Notes: generated from the letters alone by a model not told the origin. DNA of 61,958 nucleotides from an uncultured Bifidobacteriaceae bacterium (GCA_964579765.1 CAZOIK010000267.1:1-61958), one strand, 5' to 3'. Positions 8,471-18,320 are shown, counted from the stretch's first letter. Numbers and translations are program-made.

Positions 8471-10090
8471 ATGAGCATGAAGCTGTCGTTTCTGGTGGCG
8501 GGCGCGGCGGTGCTGGCGGTTGCGGCGGGCACGGGCGATGTGGGCCGCGCCGCGGCCGATGCGGCCCCCGGCGATACCTCCTGCGCCGCGCTCGCCACGA
8601 CGTCATTTCCCGGCGTGACGGCGCTGCGCACGACCTACGAGGCCGGCTCGGCGACCCAGCCGGCCCACTGCGTCGCCCGCGGATCGGCAGCCCCTCGCAC
8701 GGGCGCAGACGGCAAGCCGTACGAGACGCGTTTCGAACTGCGCCTGCCGACGAGGTGGAACGGACGGTTTCTGTATCAGGGCGGCGGTGGGAACGACGGC
8801 ACCGTCGCGCCGGCCGTCGGCCGCGACACCGGATCGTTCCCGGACACGGGCCTCCAGCGCGGCTTCTCCGTCGTCACGACCGATGCCGGTCACCAGGGCG
8901 CCACCGCGGAGTTCGGCGTTGATCCCGTTGCGCGCGTCGATCACGCGTATGCCGCGCACGAGCGCACGTACACGATCGCGATGGCCATCCAGTCGCGCTA
9001 CTACGGCCGCGCGCCGGATCATAAGTACTTCGTCGGATGCTCGGGCGGCGGACGTCAGGGCATGATGTTCGCGCAGCGCTACCCTGCGTACTTCGACGGC
9101 ATCGCCATCTGCGCGCCGGCGATGAGCGTGTCGAGCGGCGCGACGATCGCCGCGGCCTGGGACACGCAGACGTACCTCGCCGCCGCTCCCGTCGATGAGA
9201 CCGGCCAGCGCGTGCTCAGCCGCGCGTTCAACGACGCCGATCTGGCGCTCGTCGCGCGCGGCATCACCAGCGCCTGCGACGCGGCCGACGGCGCGACCGA
9301 CGGCATGGTGCTCCGCCCCGACGCCTGCCGCTTCGATCCGAAGACGCTGCAGTGCCGTGGTGATAAGGATGCGAGCTGCCTGACGTCCGATCAGGTCGCG
9401 GCGCTCCGCCGTGCGTTCGGCGGGCCGCGCACCTCGTCCGGGCGCGCGCTGTATGTCGGACAGGCCTGGGATCCGGGCATCGCCGCGCCCGGGTGGCGGC
9501 AGTGGAAGCTGGGCTCGTCGCAAACCGGGACGCCCAACTCCGCGAACACGACGCTCATGGCGGGCGCGCTCGCGTACGAGTTCGTCACGCCGCCCGATCC
9601 GTCCCTCTCGATCACGCGGTTCGACTTCGATCGCGATCCCGCCCGGATGCAGGCGTTCTCAGAGGTCTACGACACCTATCGCGACGCGACGCTCGCGGCC
9701 TTCCATGCGCGCGGCGGCAAGCTGCTCGTCTTCCACGGCACGGCCGATCCGATCTTCTCGGCGCTCGAGTCGATCGACTACTACCAGCGGCTCACGCGCA
9801 ATAACGGCGGGGCGGACGCCACGGCACGGTGGGCGCGCCTGTTCCTCGTCCCGGGCATGAACCACTGCGCGGGCGGTCCCGCGACCGACAGCTTCGACGG
9901 CCTCGGCGCGATCGTGGACTGGGTGGAAACGGGCGCGGCGCCCGCGCGCATCGAGGCATCGGCGCGGCCGGGCACGGCGTTCGCCGGGCGGACGCGTCCG
10001 CTCTGCCCGTATCCGGCGTACGCGCGCTACTCGGGGACGGGCAGCCTGGACGACAGCGCGAACTTCACGTGCGTCGCGCCGGCCAACTGA
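8471..10090 (+). CDS. tannase/feruloyl-esterase family hydrolase (MHETase family)
   Basis: ATG at 8471 preceded by GAGGA. Signal peptide MSMKLSFLVAGAAVLAVAAG, GCSGGGRQG nucleophile motif, and C-terminal VPGMNHCAGGP. Confidence 0.85.
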   Translation: MSMKLSFLVAGAAVLAVAAGTGDVGRAAADAAPGDTSCAALATTSFPGVTALRTTYEAGSATQPAHCVARGSAAPRTGADGKPYETRFELRLPTRWNGRFLYQGGGGNDGTVAPAVGRDTGSFPDTGLQRGFSVVTTDAGHQGATAEFGVDPVARVDHAYAAHERTYTIAMAIQSRYYGRAPDHKYFVGCSGGGRQGMMFAQRYPAYFDGIAICAPAMSVSSGATIAAAWDTQTYLAAAPVDETGQRVLSRAFNDADLALVARGITSACDAADGATDGMVLRPDACRFDPKTLQCRGDKDASCLTSDQVAALRRAFGGPRTSSGRALYVGQAWDPGIAAPGWRQWKLGSSQTGTPNSANTTLMAGALAYEFVTPPDPSLSITRFDFDRDPARMQAFSEVYDTYRDATLAAFHARGGKLLVFHGTADPIFSALESIDYYQRLTRNNGGADATARWARLFLVPGMNHCAGGPATDSFDGLGAIVDWVETGAAPARIEASARPGTAFAGRTRPLCPYPAYARYSGTGSLDDSANFTCVAPAN

Positions 10091-10114
10091 CCCAGACCTC
10101 CCGCGAGCGCCGGT

Positions 10115-11116
10115 TCATGGCATCGACAGCCGCTGCGCCTCCGCGCAGTCGGCGCCCATCTCGAAGTACCGCTGCACGGTCGCCACGTCGGTTTCGTACG
10201 GATGCTTTTCGCCGGCCGCGCGCGGCAACTGCGCCAGCCGCGCGCGATCGTAGGCGCGGTCGAACTCGCTGTGGTTCGACATCACGACGGTCGCGCCGGC
10301 GGCCGCGGCCGCCTTCGCCATCGCGCGCTGGCTGTCGCGGTAGATCGCGAAGTTCTCCGCCCGGCGCGGGAAGTTGAATGCCGTGCCGCCGGAGTACGCG
10401 ACGACGATCGAGCGTCCCGAGTCCTTCACCGGGAAGATGTACGACAACGTCCCCGGCGTGTGGCCGGGCGTGGCGATCACATCGACGGTCGTGTCGCCGA
10501 GCGTGATCTTCGTGCCTTCGGGCCCGACGACGACGTCGCGCGTCGGGACGCCGCCGGGCGCCGACGCGGGACGCTGGAGCGTGGACGCCCAATCGGCCGC
10601 GCCCATGACAATCTTCGCGTGGTACCGGCTCTGGAGCAGCGCCGCGCCCTGATCGTGATCGCCGTGCGCGTGGCTGATCAGCACGTACTTGATGCTGCGC
10701 GGATCGAGACCGAGCGTCGTCAGGCCCTCGACGATCTCGGGCTCGACGGCGTAGTCGAACAGCGTGTCGATGAGGATGACGCCCTCGCTGGTCGTCAGCG
10801 CCCAGGACGAGTGGATCTTCGTGCCGACGAAGTAGAGGTTGTCGAAAACTTTGTAGGGCTTCGCGTACCAGAGCGCGCGGTCGGGCACGCTGCGCGCAGC
10901 AGGCGGCGCTGCGCCACGAGCTGCGCCTCGCCCTGCACCGCCCCCGAGGTTGTCGGGCGCCACGCAGATGCGCAGGAATGTGCCGGCGAAGTCGAGACCC
11001 GCCGCGCGCTTGGCGGCTCTCACGAGCCCTTCGGCGGTGGCCGGAGCAGGCGTCTGCGCGTGAACCGTCAGCGTTATCGCGCCGGCAACTGCCAGGAACA
11101 GTAGACAGCCCTTCAT
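10115..11116 (-). CDS. exported subclass-B3-like metallo-beta-lactamase-fold protein
   Basis: Internal Met MKGCLLFLAVAGAITLTVHAQ. Contains YFVGTKIHSSWALTTSEGVILIDT, SHAHGDHDQG and TPGHTPGT. Confidence 0.8.
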   Translation of the reverse strand: MKGCLLFLAVAGAITLTVHAQTPAPATAEGLVRAAKRAAGLDFAGTFLRICVAPDNLGGGAGRGAARGAAPPAARSVPDRALWYAKPYKVFDNLYFVGTKIHSSWALTTSEGVILIDTLFDYAVEPEIVEGLTTLGLDPRSIKYVLISHAHGDHDQGAALLQSRYHAKIVMGAADWASTLQRPASAPGGVPTRDVVVGPEGTKITLGDTTVDVIATPGHTPGTLSYIFPVKDSGRSIVVAYSGGTAFNFPRRAENFAIYRDSQRAMAKAAAAAGATVVMSNHSEFDRAYDRARLAQLPRAAGEKHPYETDVATVQRYFEMGADCAEAQRLSMP

Positions 11117-11138
11117 CACGCTCTCCTCTCGCGCCACG

Positions 11139-13205
11139 TCAGTCGCGCGGCCCGTAATGCGGCGGCGCCTGGCCGACTTCGAGCGCACCGAGGTCGGGAG
11201 CCGCGCCGGCGAATCCGTCCGTGACGTTCGGCAGCGCCGTTCCGCGATCGACCGCATCGGATCCCGGCTTCAGCCTGAAGTCGAACGACTCCGCCTTGTA
11301 GACCTTCTGGACGGTCGCAACGTCCTGCGCGTCGAGCCTCGGGACGTTCATGAACACGTCGTAATCGACGAGCACGCTGTGCTGATCCTGATGCGTGGCG
11401 CGGCTGTACTCCTCGAGCGTGCGGTACTGCCGCGTTTCAAGCGACGACGGCACAGCGGCGGGCCGCGCGCCGCGTCCACGCAGCAACGGACTGTAGTCGG
11501 CAGCCGTCTCCCACGGCGGCGAGTTCCAGGCGAACGAATACGGCGCGCCGGCGTTCGGCCTGAAGCCGTTGTAATCCGACGAGGAGTAATTGGTGAACGT
11601 GTTGACGGCGAAAATAGCCGGCGACGAGTTCTCGCCGAGAAACAGGTTGTTCGCCCAGTGGACGTTCGAGGCGCCCTGCGCCTGCGTCTCCGAGAGCACG
11701 GTGTTGTTGTAGAAGATCGCGCCCGCCGAGCCGCCGGTCAGCCTCGTCGATCCGCCAGGCATGTGATACACGATGTTTCGAATCCAGTACACGGGCCCGC
11801 CGATCGCCGGCTGATTGCAGAACGCGTGCGACGCGGAGTTGATCATCATGTTCCGCATCACCCGCACGTTGTGCATGCTGCCGTCCACCTCGAACGGGTT
11901 GTCGTGGAAGTTGGTCATGTAGTTGTTGTAGTAGTCGATCGAGACCGTGCGCCGGTCGAAGTACTCGCGCGTCGGGTAGCTCGGTCCGCCCACTGCCGCC
12001 GAGCCGTCGGGATTGCCGTAGGTTTCCGTGTCGATGCCGTCGTGAAAATTCGCGACGTAGTTGTACGCGATGACGTGTCCCGGCCCGTACACCTTGACCG
12101 CGATGTACGATCCCATCACGGGCGGAAACTTCTGCCCGTCCTTGCCGTCGAACTTCTTCCAGAAATCGCCCGCCCAGCCGATGACGTGATTGGGATCGTG
12201 CCGGCCGATGAAGTAGTTGTCGGCGATGTAGAAGTTGCTCGAGCCCGAGTAGTTCGTGAACACGCCGGCCCCGATGTCCTCGAACCGGCAGTGTTTCACC
12301 GTGATGCCCTTGGCGCCGGCCAGGAACTGCGTGCCGGCGAGAATCGCGTAGTCGGTGTTCCGGAACGTCAGCCCCTCGAAGTACGTGTAGTCCGCGGCGC
12401 GCACGTCGAACAGCGTGAAGTTGCCGGCGCCGTCGAAGATCGCGGGACCGTCGCCCGCGCCCTTGATGACGATCGGCTTCTCGGCCGTGCCCTTCGCGAG
12501 CAGGTAGTACGTGCCGTCGAGCGGCGTCGTGCGGTTGACGGCCGGATTGTTCGTATATTCGTAGCGGTTGTATTTGTAGACGCCGGCATGCACGAGGATC
12601 GTGTCGCCGGCCTTCACGCGCGGCCGGCCGGCCGTCGCCCAGTCGGTACCGGCACACGTGAGGTTGTAGGCGCACATGAGGCCCTCGAACGACGGTTCGG
12701 TCTTCGCGCCCTTATAGCCCGGGGGATACACGTGATAGACGTGTCCGCCCGCGGCCGGCATCGGCTCGGGACGCGTTCTCACCGTGACGGTCTTCGCCGC
12801 CTGGCCGCTCACGCCGTCGGGATCGCGGAGCACGAACCGCGCTTCGTAGGCCGTATTCGGTTCAAGATCGAGGATGCTGCCGGCGAACATGTTCGGCGAG
12901 ACGACGTCGAGCTGATCGCCCTGCTTGATGCGCTCGCCCTGAAGCCGCAGCAGCGGCAGCGCCGACTTCCACTCGGTCGTGCCCTGCTTCCGGTACGACA
13001 CGTCCACCGACGCGTTCCGGTTGTCGTCGCCCTGGACGAACCACTCGAAACCGAGGTTGATCAGCGTCGGCGGATCGACGATGAATTCGCCAGCGGCAAC
13101 CGCCCTGCCCGCTGTGGCGGCAGCGACCCGGTGCCGGAGCCATCCGCCGATGACGACGCTGAACACGAGCGTGAGTGAAAGCGTTCGGAGTGCGGCTGTC
13201 TTCAT
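11139..13205 (-). CDS. exported right-handed parallel beta-helix repeat protein (pectate-lyase-fold; glycosidase/lyase-like)
   Basis: 688-aa ORF with a signal-like N-terminus. It has repeated ...NxxIxxN/G-type beta-helix-like segments (FRNTDYAILAG, ITVKHCRFEDIGAGVF, NFYIADNYFIG, VRVMRNMMINS). Confidence 0.65.
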   Translation of the reverse strand: MKTAALRTLSLTLVFSVVIGGWLRHRVAAATAGRAVAAGEFIVDPPTLINLGFEWFVQGDDNRNASVDVSYRKQGTTEWKSALPLLRLQGERIKQGDQLDVVSPNMFAGSILDLEPNTAYEARFVLRDPDGVSGQAAKTVTVRTRPEPMPAAGGHVYHVYPPGYKGAKTEPSFEGLMCAYNLTCAGTDWATAGRPRVKAGDTILVHAGVYKYNRYEYTNNPAVNRTTPLDGTYYLLAKGTAEKPIVIKGAGDGPAIFDGAGNFTLFDVRAADYTYFEGLTFRNTDYAILAGTQFLAGAKGITVKHCRFEDIGAGVFTNYSGSSNFYIADNYFIGRHDPNHVIGWAGDFWKKFDGKDGQKFPPVMGSYIAVKVYGPGHVIAYNYVANFHDGIDTETYGNPDGSAAVGGPSYPTREYFDRRTVSIDYYNNYMTNFHDNPFEVDGSMHNVRVMRNMMINSASHAFCNQPAIGGPVYWIRNIVYHMPGGSTRLTGGSAGAIFYNNTVLSETQAQGASNVHWANNLFLGENSSPAIFAVNTFTNYSSSDYNGFRPNAGAPYSFAWNSPPWETAADYSPLLRGRGARPAAVPSSLETRQYRTLEEYSRATHQDQHSVLVDYDVFMNVPRLDAQDVATVQKVYKAESFDFRLKPGSDAVDRGTALPNVTDGFAGAAPDLGALEVGQAPPHYGPRD

Positions 13206-13222
13206 CGTGGTCCCTCACCCAG

Positions 13223-14857
13223 TCAACGGCCGCTCGGACGACCGCCGTCCGCGCGGTAGGCGTCCAACGCGCGCCGCTCTTCTCCATACGGGTCGCTGAC
13301 CGCACGACATTCTCTGTCGAACACCATCGTCGAGCGACCGGTAGCGTCGAAGGCGGGCCACTCGGCAAGGCCGGCGTGGTTGGGATTTCCGGTCCGTGCG
13401 AACGACACCCACGCCTCCGCCATCTTCGCGGCGAGCGCGTAGCGGTCGGCGCCGTGCCCGGTCATGAAGCTGCAGTCGTCCACGTGATCGAAGATGAACG
13501 GGATCTCCATGGCATGCATCGATCGCAGCTTGCCGCCGTTGACCGGCGAACGCCACGTGAACAGGTACGTGTACACCGGCGCCTGGCCCTGTGCCGCCTT
13601 GCGCTCGGCGATGGCGTGCGCCGACCGCCGCAGCGGGCCGTTGTCCGAGGCGATGATGAGCGCGAGGTCGCCTCGACTGTCTGCGGGCCGGTGCGACCGG
13701 TACAACGCGATCAGCCGATCGGCGGCGGCATCGTCGATTCGGATCGCGCGCTTGACGGCGTCGCGCAGCGCCGCGTCATCGGCGATCTCGCTCGTCCAGA
13801 ACGGATCGTCCGGGTTCGCGTACGGGACGCTTTCGGTTTCGTTCGAGCCACACATCATCGGCACCGACGCCGACAACGCCGAGGCCGTCGGTTCGAACGG
13901 GTGCACGGTGACCGTTCGACCGTCCTTGACCGGGACGTACCGCGTCGAGATGTCGCCGGGCGCACTCAGAGCCGCGATCAGACGCTCCTGCGGCATCGCC
14001 TGGAGCTGGCCGACCTCGCCGGGCTTCACGCCCACCCTGGCCAGAAACATCTCCGCCGCCGTGGACGCCTCGCCAATCTCCGTCGCGGTGATCGCGGTAT
14101 CCCACAAGGTGCTCTGGATGATCGCGCGATGGAACAGGCCTTTGGCCGCCGGCATTCCGTTGAGCATCGCTGTCTTGCCGCCGCCGCCCGACTGGCCGAA
14201 GATCGTCACAGCGCGGGGGTCGCCGCCAAACGCGTCGATGTTGTCGCGCACCCATTCGAGCGCCAGCACCAGGTCCAGCATGCCGACGTTGCTCGCCTGC
14301 CGAAAGCGCTCTCCGCCGATCTCGGCCAGATGCAGGAAGCCGAACACGTTGAGGCGGTGCGTCACCGTCACGACGACGACGCCGTGCTTCTGGGCGAGAG
14401 ACTTGCCGTCGTAGAAGACCGAGTTGCCGGAGCCGGTACGGAATCCGCCGCCATGGAACCACACCATGACGGGCCGGCGCTGGTTGTGCGCCGGCCCTGG
14501 CGTCCACACGTTGAGGAGCAGGCAGTCCTCACTCACGGGACCCGGACCGACGAATGCGTCGCCGATTTCGGGCACCATGCGTCGGAACGGCTGGGGCGCA
14601 CGGGGGCCGTACGACGTCGCCTCGCGAATCCCGGCCCAGGGCTTCGGCCTCGACGGTGGGAGGAACCGCGCAGATCCTGCCGTGGACGCGCCGTAACGCA
14701 CGCCCTTGAACGCGTGGACGCCGTCGTCCACGTAGCCACGGACTTTTCCCAGAGTCGTCTCGACGGTCGTTTGACGACCCGAGGTCTGCGCGAAGACGTG
14801 GCGTGCCGCGCTGGCAATCGTCGCGCCGCCCACGGCGAGAAACGATCGTCGATTCAT
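13223..14857 (-). CDS. type-B carboxylesterase/lipase (para-nitrobenzyl-esterase-like), Tat/Sec exported
   Basis: MNRRSFLAVGGATIASAA, GVRYGAST, LLLNVWTP, VMVWFHGGGF, and FGQSGGGGK (GxSxG). Textbook COesterase family. Confidence 0.9.
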   Translation of the reverse strand: MNRRSFLAVGGATIASAARHVFAQTSGRQTTVETTLGKVRGYVDDGVHAFKGVRYGASTAGSARFLPPSRPKPWAGIREATSYGPRAPQPFRRMVPEIGDAFVGPGPVSEDCLLLNVWTPGPAHNQRRPVMVWFHGGGFRTGSGNSVFYDGKSLAQKHGVVVVTVTHRLNVFGFLHLAEIGGERFRQASNVGMLDLVLALEWVRDNIDAFGGDPRAVTIFGQSGGGGKTAMLNGMPAAKGLFHRAIIQSTLWDTAITATEIGEASTAAEMFLARVGVKPGEVGQLQAMPQERLIAALSAPGDISTRYVPVKDGRTVTVHPFEPTASALSASVPMMCGSNETESVPYANPDDPFWTSEIADDAALRDAVKRAIRIDDAAADRLIALYRSHRPADSRGDLALIIASDNGPLRRSAHAIAERKAAQGQAPVYTYLFTWRSPVNGGKLRSMHAMEIPFIFDHVDDCSFMTGHGADRYALAAKMAEAWVSFARTGNPNHAGLAEWPAFDATGRSTMVFDRECRAVSDPYGEERRALDAYRADGGRPSGR

Positions 14858-14949
14858 ACGCTATGGTATGCGCCTCGGTCCCCGGACGCGCGCGGAAATC
14901 GCGCCGCGGGTCTTCGTGTCGGACTCGCCTCCTGCCCTTGTGCCTGATT

Positions 14950-14974
14950 TGGTGCCGGGGCGGGAATCGAACTC
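14950..14974 (-). other. tRNA 3'-end-like fragment (T-loop + acceptor 3' strand + CCA), not an intact tRNA
   Basis: The reverse complement reads GAGTTCGATTCCCGCCCCGGCACCA. The upstream sequence does not supply a matching acceptor 5' strand, T-stem 5' strand, D-arm or anticodon arm. Confidence 0.5.
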
Positions 14975-15157
14975 TAAAGAATGCGTTCCTAAGTTGGTGA
15001 TGGCGCGCGACTTTTGGCGATAAATTTTTCAAATCAATAGAGTTACGTTGAGGTTACTCGTACACCGGGGTCCCCTGCTGTCCGCGAGATTCCGCCGTTG
15101 GCGTGGAGACATTCTGGAGAGCTCTTCCGCACGAGGATCGTCTCTTAGCGCTCAGCG

Positions 15158-15625
15158 TCAGTGCGCGCTCGTGTGACTGACATCGTTGCGGATCCCGGAC
15201 GTCCAGCGATCCAGCGCCAGGAGGCTTCCGAGCACCAGCAGAAGACCTCCGATCGCCAGCACCATCAGCGGAGCCGACTCTCGTCCCGTGAGCGTCAATT
15301 GATTCACGGTGGTCACAATTGTGGTCTCCATGACGAGGGCGACGCTGACCCGATGCTCACGAAGATAGAAGATCAGAGTGCGGTAGAGCTCGGTCAGGAT
15401 CAGAATGTACAGAATCTGCGACAGCACGACCGACGGGCTCGCGGTCCTCAGGACCGCCGTGCGAAACAACGTCATCACGGCGGAGATCGCGATGCCGAGC
15501 AGCACGACCATCAGGCCGATAATGACGACGTCCTGGGCATTCTCGAGCACGCGCCTCAGAAGATGATGGACCTGCGTGTGCGGCGGCGGAACCCGCTGTT
15601 CCGCGTTCGTCGAGTCGTGCATCAT
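15158..15625 (-). CDS. psiE: PsiE-family (phosphate-starvation-inducible) membrane protein
   Basis: 155 aa with 4 predicted TM segments. The core ILYILILTELYRTLIFYLREHRVSVALVMETTIVTTV resembles PsiE. Confidence 0.65.
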   Translation of the reverse strand: MMHDSTNAEQRVPPPHTQVHHLLRRVLENAQDVVIIGLMVVLLGIAISAVMTLFRTAVLRTASPSVVLSQILYILILTELYRTLIFYLREHRVSVALVMETTIVTTVNQLTLTGRESAPLMVLAIGGLLLVLGSLLALDRWTSGIRNDVSHTSAH

Positions 15626-15640
15626 GCGCGGGCGTGATGG

Positions 15641-17530
15641 CTAACGATGATCGGCGGTTTCCACGGGTTCCGCGTCAATCACTTCTCCTTCCTTCGGCGC
15701 GCCCGGCCCGGGCTGGGACTGTTGCTGTGACTGCTGCTGATAGAGCGTCTGCGCCAGCGCATGCGCGGCGTGCTGCAACGCCTCGGTGGCCGTCCTCATC
15801 GCCCCCGGATCGTCGCCCTGGGACACCTTTCGCACGTCTTCGATCATCGATTCGATTCGACTGAGTTCTCCGACAGGAATTTTCTGGCGGTTGTCGCTGA
15901 TCGTCTTCTCGACGCTGTAGGCGAGCGCGTCGGACGCGTTGCGCGCCTCAATCAGCTCCCGCCGGCGCTGGTCTTCGCCCGCGTGCTCCTGCGCGTCCTT
16001 GACCAGCCGATCGACGTCCTCTTTCGTCAGGCCGCTCGTGGACGTGATCGTGACCTTCTGCTCCTTCGCGGTGGCGAGATCTTTCGCCGAGACGTTCACG
16101 ATGCCGTTGGCGTCGATGTCGAACGTCACCTGGATTTGCGGCACGCCGCGCGGCGCCGGCGGAATGCCCACGAGCTGGAATCTCCCGAGCGTGCGGTTGT
16201 CCTTCGCCAAAGGCCGCTCCCCCTGAAGGACGTGGACTTCGACGTTGGCCTGGTTGTCGGTGGCCGTGGCGAACGTCTCGCTCTTCTGCGTGGGAATCGT
16301 GGTGTTTCGCGGGATCAGCACGGTCATCACACCGCCGAGCGTTTCGATGCCCAGCGACAGCGGCGTGACGTCGAGCAGAAGGATGTCTTTCACGTCGCCC
16401 GCAAGCACGCCGCCCTGCACCGCCGCGCCCACCGCCACTACTTCGTCGGGGTTCACGCCCCTGTGCGGCTCTTTCCCGAAGAAGTCCTGAACGAGCTGCT
16501 GGATCTTCGGCATGCGCGTCAAGCCGCCGACAAGCACGACCTCGTCGATCTCTTTGGGATCCACGCCGGCGTCGGCGAGGCATTTACGGACGGGCGCCAT
16601 CGAACGCTGCAGCAGGTCGTCGACCAACTGCTCGAGCTTCGCACGCGTCAGCCTGAGCTGCAGATGCTTCGGTCCATTCTGATCGGCGGTGATGAACGGG
16701 AGGTTGATGTCCGTCTCCATCGCCGATGAGAGCTCGATCTTCGCCTTCTCCGCCGCTTCCTTGAGGCGCTGCAGGGCCATGCGGTCGGTGCCGAGATCGA
16801 TGCCCTCACTCCTCTTGAACTCCTCGGTCAGCCACTGCATCACGCGATCATCGATGTCGTCGCCGCCAAGATGCGTGTCGCCGTTCGTGGCCTTGACCTC
16901 CACGACGCCGTCACCGACTTCGAGCACCGAGATATCGAACGTGCCGCCGCCGAAGTCGTACACGGCGATTGTCTCGTCGTTCTTCTTGTCGAAGCCATAG
17001 GCAAGCGCGGCCGCGGTCGGCTCGTTGATGATGCGGCGGACGTTGAGATCGGCGATCTTGCCGGCGTCCTTGGTGGCCTGTCGCTGCGCGTCGTTGAAGT
17101 ACGCCGGAACGGTGATGACCGCGTCGGTGACTTTCTCGCCGAGATGCGCCTCGGCGGCGTCTTTCAACTTTCGGAGGATGAGCGCCGAGATTTCCGGCGG
17201 TGAGTACTGCTTCCCCCGCACCTCCACCCACGCGTCGCCGTTCCTGGCGCGGACGATCTTGTACGGAACGCGTCTGGACTCGTCGGCGACTTCGTCGTAC
17301 TGGCGGCCCATGAACCGCTTGATCGAGAAGATGGTGTTCTCGGAGTTGGTGACCGCCTGGCGCTTGGCGACCTGGCCGACAAGCCGCTGGTTGTCCTTCG
17401 TAAACGCCACGACCGAGGGCGTCGTCCGGGAGCCCTCCTGATTCACGATCACCTCGGGCTGCGCGCCCTCCATGACGGCAACGACCGAGTTGGTCGTGCC
17501 GAGATCGATACCGATGACTCGATTGCCCAT
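15641..17530 (-). CDS. dnaK: molecular chaperone DnaK (Hsp70)
   Basis: [39 protein letters not shown] and a full-length Hsp70 layout. No grpE or dnaJ is adjacent. Confidence 0.95.
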   Translation of the reverse strand: MGNRVIGIDLGTTNSVVAVMEGAQPEVIVNQEGSRTTPSVVAFTKDNQRLVGQVAKRQAVTNSENTIFSIKRFMGRQYDEVADESRRVPYKIVRARNGDAWVEVRGKQYSPPEISALILRKLKDAAEAHLGEKVTDAVITVPAYFNDAQRQATKDAGKIADLNVRRIINEPTAAALAYGFDKKNDETIAVYDFGGGTFDISVLEVGDGVVEVKATNGDTHLGGDDIDDRVMQWLTEEFKRSEGIDLGTDRMALQRLKEAAEKAKIELSSAMETDINLPFITADQNGPKHLQLRLTRAKLEQLVDDLLQRSMAPVRKCLADAGVDPKEIDEVVLVGGLTRMPKIQQLVQDFFGKEPHRGVNPDEVVAVGAAVQGGVLAGDVKDILLLDVTPLSLGIETLGGVMTVLIPRNTTIPTQKSETFATATDNQANVEVHVLQGERPLAKDNRTLGRFQLVGIPPAPRGVPQIQVTFDIDANGIVNVSAKDLATAKEQKVTITSTSGLTKEDVDRLVKDAQEHAGEDQRRRELIEARNASDALAYSVEKTISDNRQKIPVGELSRIESMIEDVRKVSQGDDPGAMRTATEALQHAAHALAQTLYQQQSQQQSQPGPGAPKEGEVIDAEPVETADHR

Positions 17531-17558
17531 GAATGTGTCTCCGCGTGATGCGTGGCCG

Positions 17559-18233
17559 TTAAGGACGCGACGAACTTCGCTGGCGTCCGGTGAACCGGAG
17601 GCCGAAGCTCACCGGCACCAGCGTCGTTGCGGTCGGTGTGGTTCTCGCGTAGTGATAGCGCACCTCGACGAACGCCGATGCACCGCTGTCGCCGAACGGG
17701 AACAGAAGGCCGCCGCCCGCATTTGCCCCGAAGGCGTCCTCGCTGACCGAGCCCAGGACCTGGTTCGCGGGAACAACGACGGGACCGATGTATCCCCACC
17801 ATGGATCGACGACGTCGATGACGCCGACCGTCGGCGCCGTAAATTCGACCGTTCGCCGGTACCAACCGAGGCTGCCGAGAACGTAGCCATGCAGCATTCT
17901 GGCGATCGGGAATCTCCAGATCGGTCCGGCGGTCAGGGAGAAGACCCGTCCGGTGCCGTTCGGCACCTGCAGCTGCTGCAGCACCGAGTCGCGCACGCCG
18001 AGGTGGTTGAAGGTGAACTCGCCGAAAAGGCCGAAGCCATTGTCGAATGCCGGCCCGCCGCGCAGATCGACGTCCCATCCTGTCCTGAGCCTGCTGCTGA
18101 TGTCACCCACCGTCGCCGATGCGCCAACGCCGAGATCGACGCTCCAGTTCGTCTCCGCTCGTGCCTGAGTGATCGAGAGCAGACAAACCAACGACACCGC
18201 AACGACCGAACCGAACAGCCTTTTCCAAGTCAT
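17559..18233 (-). CDS. outer-membrane beta-barrel protein (OmpW/OmpA-barrel-like)
   Basis: Internal Met [26 protein letters not shown] (signal). It has alternating beta-strand patterns and the terminal ...[10 protein letters not shown]-like strand. Confidence 0.6.
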   Translation of the reverse strand: MTWKRLFGSVVAVSLVCLLSITQARAETNWSVDLGVGASATVGDISSRLRTGWDVDLRGGPAFDNGFGLFGEFTFNHLGVRDSVLQQLQVPNGTGRVFSLTAGPIWRFPIARMLHGYVLGSLGWYRRTVEFTAPTVGVIDVVDPWWGYIGPVVVPANQVLGSVSEDAFGANAGGGLLFPFGDSGASAFVEVRYHYARTTPTATTLVPVSFGLRFTGRQRSSSRP

Positions 18234-18274
18234 GTGCTCGCTCCGCATGATGTGAGATACCTGCAGGCGGTCGT

Positions 18275-18288
18275 GCAACATGGCTGCC
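18275..18288 (-). promoter_or_regulatory. sigma54 -24/-12 promoter for the OMP-dnaK-psiE operon
   Basis: The reverse complement reads cGGCAGC-CATG-TTGCA (consensus TGGCACG-N4-TTGCW) with correct GG-N10-GC spacing. It lies about 42 nt upstream of the ATG at 18233. Confidence 0.55.
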
Positions 18289-18306
18289 GATCCGAGAACA
18301 TCACGC

Positions 18307-18320
18307 GGCAAGCTGCTTGC
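18307..18320 (+). promoter_or_regulatory. sigma54 -24/-12 promoter for hsp20
   Basis: cGGCAAG-CTGC-TTGCC with correct spacing, 62 nt upstream of the ATG at 18382. Confidence 0.6.

Noticed and set aside
14855-14870. The palindrome CATAC-GCTATG-GTATG as a fourth copy of the ATAC...GTAT 7-2-7 motif.
   Set aside because: The spacing is different (14 bp versus 18 bp between the ATAC and GTAT ends), there are no TACYCAA half-sites, and it overlaps the carboxylesterase start codon. It is probably unrelated.
14950-15025. A complete tRNA gene on the minus strand.
   Set aside because: Only the last ~25 nt resemble a tRNA. No complementary acceptor 5' strand (GCCGGGG or TGCCGGG), T-stem 5' half, D-arm or anticodon stem can be formed from the upstream sequence.
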